A stretch of 63,394 bases of DNA, counting the filler, from Octopus bimaculoides (lineage: Eukaryota), in NCBI RefSeq assembly GCF_001194135.2. It is 3 parts of 3 records of this genome, joined end to end, with 100 filler letters (N's around TTAATTAATTAA, not from the genome) between each part and the next. Parts side by side here need not be neighbours in the genome. Positions count along the whole stretch, not along the records: positions 1 to 31,784 come from NC_068985.1; 2 more parts are not named here. One strand, written 5' to 3'. Position numbers and translations under genes: made by a program. The notes under the pieces are model-generated. The model did no database searches. It saw only the letters and a list, made by a program, of their open reading frames with translations, and was not told the origin of the DNA. Numbering within the stretch: position 1 is the stretch's first letter; each line of letters opens with the position of its first letter. Positions 1 to 11,529 of this stretch are shown here, one piece after another.

Positions 1-1234
1 TGTGCAGCGTTCCGTAAAATGTTCTCCCTTTATGTTCTCTCGAATTAGGTTTTTGAGCAGAACTATATTTCCAATACCGAACTGCTGTAGCTCGTGTTTT
101 CTATCGAATTGTTCTTTTTGAACAGGCTCAGCTATTCTAACATTGGAAGCAACTCGAGAAATCAAACTGTCCCGAATAGTTCTCATAACGTCAAAGTTTC
201 AGGATATAGATTGATTATTTCCAAAACTGTCCCAATCTTTGGCACTTGGGTTGAGCTGTAGTGCAGCTGGAAGTGTAGCTTGCCTGTTGTATAAAATTTG
301 AAACGGGGTAAAATGTGTCGAAGAATGTTTGGCTGTTCGGTACGCAAACAGAACTGCTGGTAAGCATTCAACCGAGTTGCCGCGGTACTCAAGGGATTTC
401 ATAAAAGCATCTTTTATAGTGCGATTCTGTCGCTCCACGAGGCCATTTGCTCGAAGGTGATAAGCACTTATGTGCTGCTGTGTTCCTGTCAGTTTATGTA
501 GTTCTGCAGACACTCTGCTTACGAATTCTCTTCCTTGGTCATTTATCTGAATTTTTGTACAGCCATATAACACCACCAAAGAGAATTTTTCCCACACTTT
601 TCGCTGTGTGATCTTTCAAAAGTCGAGCCTCAGGCCATTTGGAGAAGTAATCCATAGTAACAACAATGCAACAGTAAACATCATCTGTTTTCGGCGAATT
701 GGTGATATCGATTCCAATTTACGCCATTGCTTCATTTGGCACAGGAACGGGATGAAGCTCGCCAACATTAATTTTGTGAAGAAGGTTCATTTTTGACATC
801 GATCACAAGACAAAAAGAACTCTTTCGTGTCTTTGCCCACAGTTTTCTAATAAAACCTCTCTAAAATTTTAGCCCTTGTTCTGTCGACACCAAGATGACT
901 TCCCAAGCAGCGGGCAGTATCACTATCTCCATAGCCTATGTGAATACTTGAAATGACACTCTTCTGTTCATCCGGATTGCGAATGACCAAGACTTCTCGG
1001 TACTCATTTTCAGAATTTCTTACTCTCGCTCTCTGCTCCATGACGATAGTAGAGTTGACCTCTCCGTGCAACATAATACTTAGAGAGCCTACGTAGGTTT
1101 ACCTTTTTGTTTTTGGACATACGAGGTCCATATGCGTTAACAACATAATCAAATATCAAAGAAATGTTGTCAGCTTTATCTTGTGTACTAAAAGTAGCTA
1201 TTCTGGATATGCTTCTTTCAAATTTCTTCAGCTT
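1..1234 (-). pseudogene. Decayed Gypsy-like integrase of GIN/Ginger type (HHCC zinc finger + DDE core + C-terminal region), running off the window start
   Basis: Translation across frameshifts and stops gives IFDYVVNAYGPRMSKNKKVNLRRLSKYYVARRGQLYY, IH...HLGVDRTRAKILERFY*, SCDRCQ, IGID...MDYFSKWPEA, NDQGREFV...ANGLVERQNRTIK, and FDRKHELQQFGIGNIVLLKN. ORF track pieces 199-597 and 847-1074. Confidence 0.88.
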
Positions 1235-1661
1235 TAAGTAACTAAATAAAAACTTAAACTAAATGAAAGCTCTGACTTTCTCTGATTTATATTTCTCTTC
1301 CAGTAAGAGTTAGTTTTGCATTGTCAATTAACAAGAATCAAGGACAAGTACTGAAAATTGAACTTCACCTCGTGTAGCAGTGCTTTTCCCATGGTCAGCT
1401 CTATGTTGGTTTTTTTCCAGAGTTGAAAATGGCAACAATCTCTTCATACTCACACCAAATGGAAAAAAAGAAAAGAATATTGTTTATGCTGCTGCTTTAC
1501 TTTGATCTCCAAATGTCACAGTGATACAAAATTCTCCAAATGTGATACTCTATGATATAAATCTGAGATGGTAGGATACCATTAAATGCTTTACTATTAT
1601 TTCCCTATTTAGTTTTGGGCTGCAGGCCCAATTAGCCCTCCGCAGGAGCTACCTTATAAGT

Positions 1662-1688
1662 CCGCACGGAGTGCGGCCTTGGAGCTAG
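1662..1688 (+). mobile_element. Helitron-type 3' terminus (GC hairpin then CTAG before T)
   Basis: ccgcac-gga-gtgcgg hairpin at 1662-1676, CTAG at 1685-1688, followed by T. The 5' end was not located. Confidence 0.6.
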
Positions 1689-4600
1689 TATATATATAAA
1701 ATTTAGCGTCCACTTTCCCATGCTTGTATAGGAAAGTGGGTTATCCATCATTAGATGTATACCTGACTTTCCTATATAAAATTAAGATATAAACGGAACG
1801 CTGAATTCCAGACTATCAACTTATACAACATTTATTCAGGTGGTAAATATATACATATTTTGCTCTTGTTTGTTGTTACAGCTTCTGTGTGTGTGAGCAG
1901 TGTTGTTTGGACGTTTGGTATGTAGATGTAAGCGAGCTGTCGAGCGTAAGTTCGAAAGATGAAGAGAGACAGCTAAACACGTAAAGAGACTGTCTCCAGA
2001 GTTGGAATGTTGGAGACACTGCTTGACACGTCCATGCTCATGGCCGGCCGACCGAGAAAGAGATAGAATAGAAGCGGGAACGCTTGGTTGTTTAATTCCA
2101 CGCATGCGCATGGCGTTACTACACTTGCATGAGTCGGGCAGAGTTTATTATGACAGATTTTCTATGGCCAGATGCGTATCATGTTGCCAATCCTCACCTG
2201 TTTCCAAGCAAGGTAATATTTCCCGTGGCCAATCATTTTCTCATAAATATTAGAAATGAATAACACTGCTTGTATGGCAGTAACNNNNNNNNNNNNNNNN
2301 NNNNNNNNNNNNNNNNNNNNNNNNNNNNNNNNNNNNNNNNNNNNNNNNNNNNNNNNNNNNNNNNNNNNNNNNNNNNNNNNNNNNNNNNNNNNNNNNNNNN
2401 NNNNNNNNNNNNNNNNNNNNNNNNNNNNNNNNNNNNNNNNNNNNNNNNNNNNNNNNNNNNNNNNNNNNNNNNNNNNNNNNNNNNNNNNNNNNNNNNNGCA
2501 AATCCTTCTCTCTTACCATTACCTGCTTATCCTCACATCACCACCTCTAACGCACGTTTGAGTAAACTTTACAAGAAATTTTAAAAGCCTAATCTGATGT
2601 CTGTGTTTGATAATGATTTTAACGAGGCCAAAGGTTATGTTCGTGAGAGGCGAGTCTATATGGTGAGGAATTGCTAGTACTAAAAGCTTGCAAGGAGTGC
2701 AGTAGGAGTGATTGCCTCTTGGCAAATAAATTAATGGTCTTTGGGAAAGGCATGATTACCATAACATCTCTTGCATTATCACACGTAAAGGAAACAAAAT
2801 ACTAAGTTTGATGTGTCAAAAGTAATTATCAATGAATGTTGTTTAACTCCGGTCTCTAGTAATGTGAATGTCTTCCGTGGCGAAGACATTCTACCGTAGT
2901 AGTCTTGATTTTTTTTGTACAAAAATAGTGTATTTAGGGGCACATTATCTAACGTGTTCTTTGCCTTTTGAATACGGTTGTAATTCGAGGGAGATTTGGT
3001 TGTTGTTTCTAGCAATTTGGGTAACCATGTTGACAGGAAGTTGAAAATTGTACTCAATGTAAGGAAGCGAATTAGTAGGATCATTAGAGGGTCGTGTAGA
3101 ATGTTTTGAGGTATTTGTTTTGGCTCTCCACTTTCTGAATTCAAATTCCACCAAGGCCAACTTTGTCTTTCAACCTGCAGATTCGATACAGTATCTGCAG
3201 GGTCTCCAAGAGAAATTTGGGAAGAACAAGACCGCTTTCGTCTTCTCTTATCAGAATTAGAGAATTTCAAAAGTCAAGATGGTTGTGAGTTGTGTTTGAT
3301 TTATCTTAAAACAGGGGTCCATTCCATCTCCATAGGTCTCTGTGGGCCAACGCACCCGCTGAACTCCGCCTCATCTAGGCTCTGGTACTGTCAAGTACAG
3401 GGCACCTATTCTCTCTCTCTGAATCGGCCTCGTTGAAGGGTCTGGGAAAGGTGCGCTGACATAGCGGTCCCGCCAATCTATAGAAACACGCATGCAAGTG
3501 TTGAAAATATGATAATGAGAACTAATGAACGGCTTCAAATCCTGCTTCTGGATTATTTCTACACAACTTTCACATTTTCCTTTCGGATCAAGGAAACCTA
3601 TGCGGTCGTTTGACCTACTAGACATATCAGCTAAATGTTCTACAAGTTACACCCTACCGTCTTAGAAAAAAAAAAAAAAAAAGTCTCATATTTTACAATA
3701 CTAGAGGAAAGATATGTTGGTCATGCTTGGAATGCCATTGATCAATAAGGTTTGATGGATTAGGACTGACGTGGTTGCTGGATAACTGCTACTGCTAGAG
3801 CTACTTTTTTTTTTCATCAACCTGGCTACATTGTAACATCCATTCTCTTCACATGTCATCCTTTCTGACATATATCAATCAACCTATATAAGCTTTCAAT
3901 AAACACCTGTTTTAGTTATTTTTCTTACTTGTCATGTATCTACCTAAACGAAAATGCTGAACCGGGCGCAAAAATCATGTTAGTAGTTAATTACCTGCCT
4001 CCCTAAATCTCCTGTCAGTCCCCACATTTAGTTTAGCACAAAATCACTCCCTAAATCTGTCGATCCCTACATTTAGTTAGCTCAAAATCAGCTTTGTCAT
4101 GCGATTAAGTTGGTCGGTTTGATCGTCCCCGAGTTGTAAGATGGAAAACAAAATTACCAAAGGCAAACAAAGATTGAGAAAATTTAACTAAACACGAAAT
4201 GGAAAAATTGAACATTTTTTATTTCTTAATTCAGGTCATTAAGATATATATTATAGATTTTCTTCTACGTTACGTGTGAATGCGTGTGTGTATGAGAGAG
4301 GGAGAGAGCAATTGAGAAACAGATTATCTAATAACGAAAGACATAACATTGTGAGAGAGAGAGAGCTCTAAAACAAAATATTGAGAGAAATTATTCTTCG
4401 GAGTAAAGAGTTGGTCCCTAAATATCAAATACTTCTGCGTCTCGTGGAGTTCGAACTGATTTAAATTTACGATCTTTGCTGCATGATTTTGTAGTCTCTC
4501 AGGTCACCACTAGTTTGCTCAACCTCTTTTCTTTATCTAATTTTTGATGTTGTACATTCAAAGGACGGTTATAACTACCGTTTAGTGCCCACAACGACTT

Positions 4601-4816
4601 GCCTAGTCCTTATAACTTTCTTAGTGTTTTTTTTTTTTAACAGAAGGCTATATGTTTGAGGCGAGTAATTAATCAATTAAATCGATCCCAGTAATTGATT
4701 GCTACTTTATTTTATCGACTCAGGAAGGATGAAAAAGCAAAGTGAGATGTAAACTCAGAAGATAAACAACCTGGAAAATACCAAAAGCACTTTCGGCTGA
4801 CTTTCTTAATAATATA

Positions 4817-6058
4817 TTGGGTTGGCAACTAAGTTCCCGCCGTTTTTATAAATTTTGGAATCTATTTTTTTCGAGAATTCTATTTTGGAATCTTTTTTTT
4901 TTTTCTAGTTAATTTTTCTTTATTTTCAGATCATTAAAATGGAATGTTAAGTTAAGAAAAACGAGCGTTTTCGACATCTCTTTCTTTTTGCTTTTTATCA
5001 AGGTTCTAAGGCTGCAAAAGCTGTTCGCGACATTTGTGCTGTGCATGGAGAGGGTACCCTAGCTGAAAGAACCGCTCGTGATTGGTATGCCAAGTTCAAA
5101 AATGGAAATTTTGACCTCAAAGACGCACCTCGTTCTGGCCGTCCAGTTGAGTTCGATGAAGAGCGATTAAACCAACTTTTGCACGAAAATTCTCGTCAAA
5201 CGACAAGGGAACTGGCCGAGAAAATGGAATGCTCCCACACTGCTATAGAGAAGCATCTTCACTCGATGGGAAAAGTTCAGAAGTATGGAGCATGGGTTTC
5301 GCATACTTTAAGTGACAACAACAAAAATCAACGAGCCACAATCTCCTCTGGTTGCTTGGTCGTCACCGCTCAACTCATGGACACAAGCAACGATTTCTTT
5401 ACCGAATCGTTACTGGCGACAAAAAACGGTGCCTGTACATCGATATGATGCAGCGTAAGGAATGACTTAGCCCCGGTAAACAAGCGACACCGCGCGTGGA
5501 ACAAGATCTTCATCCGTGTAAAACGATGTTGTGCGTATGGTGGGACTGGGAAGGGATTATCCATTACGAATTGCTCGAACGGAATCAAACGGTCAACGCG
5601 GAACTGTATGTTCAACAGATGGAACGACCCAACACGGCTATTCAAGAGAAAAGACCTAATCGGCTGCATGGAGTTCTGCTGCACGACAACGCCTGCCCTC
5701 ATATCGCCAATATGACCAAGGAAGCCATTCAAATGTTTGGCTGGGAAGTGCTGCCACACCCGCCGTGCTCTCCTGGTTTGGCACCAACGAATTTCCACCT
5801 CTTTCGATCTCTTTCAAATGCTATGCGCGGAGTTTCGTTCAATACTGATGCAGAATTGAGAGCTTTGTTCGATCAATTTTTCGAGTCGAAATCGGGTGAT
5901 TTCTACCAACGAGGTATTGAAAATCTTGTTGAACGTTGGGAAGAAGTTATAAACAAGGGTGAATGCATTATTGATTAATTAGTTGTTATTTTTTTTATTA
6001 AACCTTTTAAAAAATTTATATTAAAAAAAAAACGGCGGGAACTTAGTTGCCAACCCAA
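4817..6058 (+). mobile_element. Full-length mariner transposon (1242 bp)
   Basis: Perfect 31-bp TIRs ttgggttggcaactaagttcccgccgttttt / reverse complement; TA at 4815-4816 and 6059-6060; internal transposase. Confidence 0.97.
4939..5978 (+). pseudogene. Inactivated mariner (D,D34D) transposase
   Basis: MEC*VKKNERFRH...; frameshift near 5350; RIVTGD; in-frame TGA near 5462; LLHDNA; HPPCSPGLAPTN, where the third catalytic D is N; ends ECIID*. Confidence 0.95.
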
Positions 6059-6099
6059 TATATTATCTCATTTTTTTAAAATGAAATTTTCCAATCACG

Positions 6100-6378
6100 G
6101 CTTATATGGTTAGGAAATTCACTTCACAACAACGTAGTTTCGGTTCAGTCCCACTGTGAGACCTTCGCTGATATACCTTCAGCGTTAATTGTACAGAAAG
6201 CTCATGTGTATATATCCCTGTCCATGTTTGCATTTATGTTCCGTACATTAGCAGTTCGACAATAAAATAAATGGCTAATTTAAAAATAAGTACAGGTGCT
6301 AATATGATCGACTAAACCAAGGAAGCAGTACCTAGCTCTTGTTCAATGATTGAAACCAGTAAAAGAATAAGAGAATAT
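6100..6378 (+). mobile_element. Degenerate tRNA-headed SINE
   Basis: Head ggcttatatggtt...ggttcagtcccactg and tail gaaaccagtaaaagaataagagaata, both matching the SINE family seen elsewhere in the window. Confidence 0.6.
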
Positions 6379-6925
6379 ACGTTTTCGAAAGTATAGATCA
6401 TGAGTAACTTATTGAATAGCTTTTAAAAGGTTACGAACTTATTTCTTTTTGAATGATATTTTTTGTTTAAATTTTACTGATTTAATTGTTATTTTACTGG
6501 TATAATTGTATAATTTCAAAGGAATAAGTTCATAACTTTTTAAATACCAGATAAGAGGAACGGGACATATTGCACAATATATCGTCTATTCACACGCGCG
6601 CGCAAAATTTTGCAGATATTCGAACAACCAACGTTTGATTAATGAAATATTGCAAATAGTATATATTTGATTCACGAAATATGTATTATTAAAACAGTAA
6701 CGAAGAAACAAACAATGCCATTTGGCTTCTGTCGGTCATGATTGACCATGTATTTGTACCTGGGTACAGGCCCGAACAAAGTATAGGCAAAAGCCGATAC
6801 AACAACTTGGTAACATTGCCATCGCGGATGAACTCAAAACGTAAATGACAGGAACAAATATTACAGGCATGTTTGGTAACTCAGAATATTGGGCGGAATT
6901 TCGGATCAGGACGTCCACATAAATT

Positions 6926-7131
6926 GAATTTTCGGTACTACTTAAATACAGAGGTCCCTTAACGGTACTACTTAAATACAAATGTCGCGATGCATCTACG
7001 TAACCCTAAACCTAACTAACTCTAACCCTAAACCTAAAAACTAACCCTAAAATTAACGAGTGTGCACTGTAAAAAACGTATCGTTACGTAGATGCATCGA
7101 AACCTCTGTATTTAAGTAGTGCCGAATTTTC
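6926..7131. mobile_element. Palindromic non-autonomous element with a TAACCC-like core
   Basis: Outer arms ttcggtactacttaaatacagagg / cctctgtatttaagtagtgccgaa; inner arms gatgcatctacgtaac / gttacgtagatgcatc; core of taaccctaaacc-type repeats. Confidence 0.7.
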
Positions 7132-7918
7132 ACTGCTTGCCGAGAAATTTTCCAATTTTGTTTTCACCCTTCGAACTGAGGAAGATACCAGGTGGTCGTA
7201 GGATGTGCTAGAAATAACTAATTTAAATTATACGCCCTTTCGTCTGAAAAGATTTTCAAATTTTTTTTTTCCTCCGGAAAGGTTTCTGTTATTTTTAAGT
7301 GTGTATTGCAAAAAGAAAAAAAAAACGGCCAAAATCGGTCCGGAGTGGGAAAGGGGAAGGTTTATGTGACAAAAATCATTAATTTTCAAAATTTTTTTTT
7401 ATATAAAAAGCTTCCTCCCATCATTTCGAAGGTTGCGGTGACAAAAAAAAATTTAATTCCCGTTAAAATGGAAAAAATCTAACTTACGTGGGTATCCTTA
7501 TTCAAAACCCCGCCTTGATAAAAAATGGCCCTTTTATTTTATCCAAATATATTTTTATTTTATCAGTGGGATTTGAACGCAAAACAAAATAAGTCAGGAC
7601 AAATACCATAAGATATTATAGCCAACATTCTAACAATTCTGCTAATCTATCGCCTGTCATGTATTTTAAATGTCACCAATTTTGACACACTCTTGACTTT
7701 GTTATAGACTTGACAATATTTCACCTGTCTGTGTTAAATGATTGTGTTAGACAAAATCTAAGATATTGTATGTGACTTGTTATATGTATTTTTCTACTTT
7801 AGTGTGTTTACTTACTATCGTCTGTAATCAAGGTCAGATCATAAAGCAACCTGGTACCCTTTTATGTGTCACATTCATTACCTATTTTTTCCCTGTCAAT
7901 ATTTGAAATTCTTTCTAA

Positions 7919-8130
7919 AGGCGGTGAGCTGACAGAATCGTTAGCATACTGGACAAAATGCTTAGCGGCATTTCGTCTATTTTTACGTTCCAAGTTCAAA
8001 TGCTACAAGGATTGACTTTGCTTTTCATCCTTCCTGGGTCGATAAAGTAAGTGCCAGGTGAACAGTGGGGTCGATGTAATCTTGCCTTTCTCCACCGAAA
8101 TTACTGGCCTTGTGCCAAAATTTGAAAGCA
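7919..8130 (+). mobile_element. SINE family 2 (tRNA-like head, conserved central domain)
   Basis: ggcggtgagctgacagaatcgttagc...ttgactttgcttttcatccttcctgggtcgataa...tggccttgtgccaaaatttgaa; many copies in the window. Confidence 0.8.
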
Positions 8131-8639
8131 ATATTTTTAATTCTTTAATAAATGCAGTGTTGTTGGGTTGGTCAAATACTAACTTGTGACAATGATATTT
8201 GCAATGAAGGTGCTGTTTTGCCTCAGGTTAGCCTTGATTGAGCAGCTCTATGATCAAAAGTATTCTAGTAATGACCTCACTTCTTTCCAGGTACAATGTA
8301 TCTAATATTATTCAATATAGTATATACTGATACCGTTTTGTGTATGATTTAAGGACAATTAAGTTGTTATTTCTAGCAGAGTAAGCGATCACAAAGATTA
8401 TTTTGTTGACTTGAGGTGCATTGTCATTTGCTTATTGTGGTGGTGTTGTACTGTTGATAGTAGCCAGGGCCCTGTAAGCACTCCATTTGGTGCCCCGTAT
8501 CTATGTAATTCAAAATATAAACAAAAATAAACCATTAAATAAATTTTTATTTTTCAAAATGAAACAAAACTAACAGTAAGGTGGAAAATAATGTTTATTT
8601 TTGTATACTTCCACTTTATTTATCATCATTATCATCATC

Positions 8640-9880
8640 GTCTTTTCGCGTCAGCTTTCCATTCTGTTTCATTGTATTAGTTTTGTGTAGTTGTGGTCTT
8701 TGTGCAATCTGTTATGAAGTGTAGTGCAGTTTTTTGTTCGTTGTAGTTTGTTGTGGAGAGATTGTAAACCCAATTACAACCAATGTAGTTCATAATGGAT
8801 TTAATGTATTGTTTGTGTACCATTGATGTTATTTCTTTTTGACAAATGTAGTACTTGTGGTTGCTTTATGTATGTTTGCATCATTTTGTTGTGTTGTAGA
8901 AGAAGAGTTTTATGTGTCTCCTAGTGTTTCTATCTTCTGTATGTGGTATGTTTATGTTGTTACATGTGATGATCAATTTATTTGATATTCTCTGCTGCTA
9001 CTGATGTAAAGGAGACAGTACACTTGGTAGATGATACTGTAAACCTGTTGTTGGGGAATCCATGTCTTGGTGATTTAAATATGGTTGAAGCAGTTGTTTA
9101 GTAGTATCTGGAGAATAGTGGGAGTGAGTGAGTGTGCTATCAGTATAAGAGGCTGTATGTCTGGTAGTGTGGGAAGATCATGTAGGAATAGACTGAAAGG
9201 AGTGAGTGAGAGGTCCAATCCCTATTGTACTCCATTTGGGGAAATACATACCCTGGAAGTGTTCCTGTGCACCTTATTGGCCAGTGTTTGTGTTAAGGAA
9301 ATATTGAGTATTTTTTGTATGAGTGAATATCAGAACATGTAGTTAAAAATTTTGATAGCGTATGTGGGAGTTTTTTTTTAAATTTTGGTGGTGGTGAAGT
9401 CTTCATTTTCTGTGTTAGGTTTGTGAGCAGCATGTTGGTTGAATGTAGTGGGTTAAATCCATGTGTTTTGGAGAGTGGGATGTGTGGGTTAGTGAGATCA
9501 TGGGCTAGCCTTTCTAGGATATGAGGAAGGTGATAGGTCTGTATGATGCTACTTAAGTTTTTGCTGGACTTTAAAATTAAGATTTTCCCAGCTTCTAGAT
9601 TCTGAGAATTTGGCAAAATTGATAGTAGTAGTTACAGATCTTGGTGAATGCAGTAATTCCTTCAGACCCTAGGTCTTTTACATGTGTCCTTGTGATTTTT
9701 ATTTAGTCTTGAGGCCTCTGAATTTTTAGGATTCCCTATTGCATGTTGGTGACTTATGGGTTGAAGGCATCAAAATCTTGTTCTAGATTGAAGGTACACT
9801 TCCTCTTTTTCTTTTCATGTTCCTTGTTTCTTTGTGTGGTTTTTTGGCAGTTGATTTTTGAGAAATGTCTGCTAAGTGTT
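8640..9880 (-). mobile_element. Decayed non-LTR retrotransposon reverse transcriptase remnant
   Basis: Minus-strand THGFNPLHSTNMLLTNLT (HGF..HST motif) and FPNGVQ*G...PFSLFLHDLP (GVPQG-like motif); many stops. Confidence 0.7.
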
Positions 9881-10110
9881 GCTATATGTATTATTTGATA
9901 TTGTTATTGAGACATGGTGTGTAATGTGACTGTTGTTGATGATGACGATGGTAACTGTTCTTATATAGATTTTCACATTTAGGGTCCAAGAAAACTGGTG
10001 GTAGTGACTTATATCAGCCTAAATTATACAGTAAAGTTGCAAGTTTGGATAAGTTTGTATGTCATGGGAAGAAGAGATATCATGTTTCTGTGCTATCAAT
10101 TTACCAGAAA

Positions 10111-10503
10111 TTTTACTCTTTTACTTGTTTCAGTCATTTGACTGTGGCCATGCTAGAGCACCGCCTTTAGTCGAGCAAATCAACCCCAGGACTTATTCTT
10201 TGTAAGCCTAGTACTTATTCTATCGGTCTCTTTTGCCAAACCGCTAAGTTACGGGGACGTAAACTCACCAGCATTGGTTGTCAAGCGATGTTGGGGGAAC
10301 AAACACACACACAAATATGTATATATATATATGCATATATACGATGGGCTTCTTTCAGTTTCCGTCTACCAAATCCACTCACAAGGCTTTGGTTGGCCCG
10401 AGGCTATAGTAGAAGACACTTGCCCAAGGTGCCACGCATTGGGACTGAACCCGGAGCCATGTGGTTGGTAAGCAAGCTACTTACCACACAGCCACTCCTA
10501 CGC
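10111..10503 (-). mobile_element. Full-length tRNA-derived CORE-like SINE (family 1)
   Basis: Minus strand: A-box-like tggctgtgtggt, B-box-like gggttcagtccc, CORE-like cttgggcaagtgtctt, internal (CA/TA) tract, gaaacaagtaaaag tail. Confidence 0.85.
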
Positions 10504-11265
10504 CTAAATGGAGAACTTTATTTTGGTGGTGGTGAAAGGACAGCACAGAAATGTTAGATACCTCTTTTCCCCATAGGACTTACTTAAACTTGCAAACTTA
10601 TTTTGATTGAAAGCCTATTTTATAGAGAATGGTGTTTAAAAGAACTTGACCTCTTTTTGTTGATCTCATTGTAAAAGGTTTGATTGAAAATTATCTTTAC
10701 AAAATAATCTGACCTTTCAATTAACATTTTGACAAATAATGTATTAGGAACAACTTAAAAAGAGGAATAACCTCACTGTGATTCTACCCTAGGTTTATGA
10801 TTATCTTAAGGGTATACATGTCAGCTCAATGTTCAGCCATTTACTTATTAGTTTAAGAGTAATAGGTAATTCATTGAACAACTGAATCCTTATCAATGAA
10901 ATCAATGGAGATTCACTTATTTACTGTAGACCTTCTGAAACAACTGTGATCTTTATAATACTGCAGCAGTGTTTTTCCAAAAGTGTTCATTGGTATTCCT
11001 TAAGAAGTGTTGGTGTTCTCCCATTGAAGATATGTCATTTCTATTTAGTAAGAAATTTGATCTTGTGTTAGTTTGATTTTAATATTTGATTTTTAAATGT
11101 AAGAATTTATATAGTAGGGAAGACGGTTGTTATGTATGCATCTGATAAAACTTTCAAATTTCCTATCACCCAAGCAAACTTTTTTTTAAATATCTAAATG
11201 TATTTTTTTCTTTAAAGCTTGTACTTAACTTCATTTTCTTTTGTATTTGACAGAAAAATCACACA

Positions 11266-11319
11266 ATGGGCAAGAAAAATTTTAAGTTCCTTCTTTTCAT
11301 AGTGAATATACTGTTTTTT
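11266..11319 (+). CDS. Tetraspanin coding exon 1 (MGKKNFKFLLFIVNILFF)
   Basis: Acceptor ttgacag| at 11253/11254, ATG at 11266, donor gtaagt at 11320; K.LLF..N..F TM1 motif. Confidence 0.88.
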
Positions 11320-11478
11320 GTAAGTATTCCTTTTTGTACTTGTTTTTTTTTCTCACTAAATTTATTTAACTAGCCTTTTCTTTTTATTCTTTGCGAGTTT
11401 TTAGTTGATCATATCAAACCCAGTATTTATTTTATCAACCTAATTCTTATTAAGCTGCTAAGTTACATAAGTAAGCAT

Positions 11479-11529
<51 letters not shown>

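Noticed and set aside
3999-4090. Two diverged copies of about 45 bp (also a 24-bp pair at about 22020-22068 and a 19-bp triplet at about 57025-57080)
   Set aside because: Ordinary local slippage duplications with no further structure.
5370-5798. 142-aa minus-strand ORF
   Set aside because: It is the antisense shadow of the mariner transposase.
10400-10503. tRNA-like A/B boxes (here and in other SINE heads)
   Set aside because: They are SINE heads with no cloverleaf or acceptor stem, not tRNA genes.
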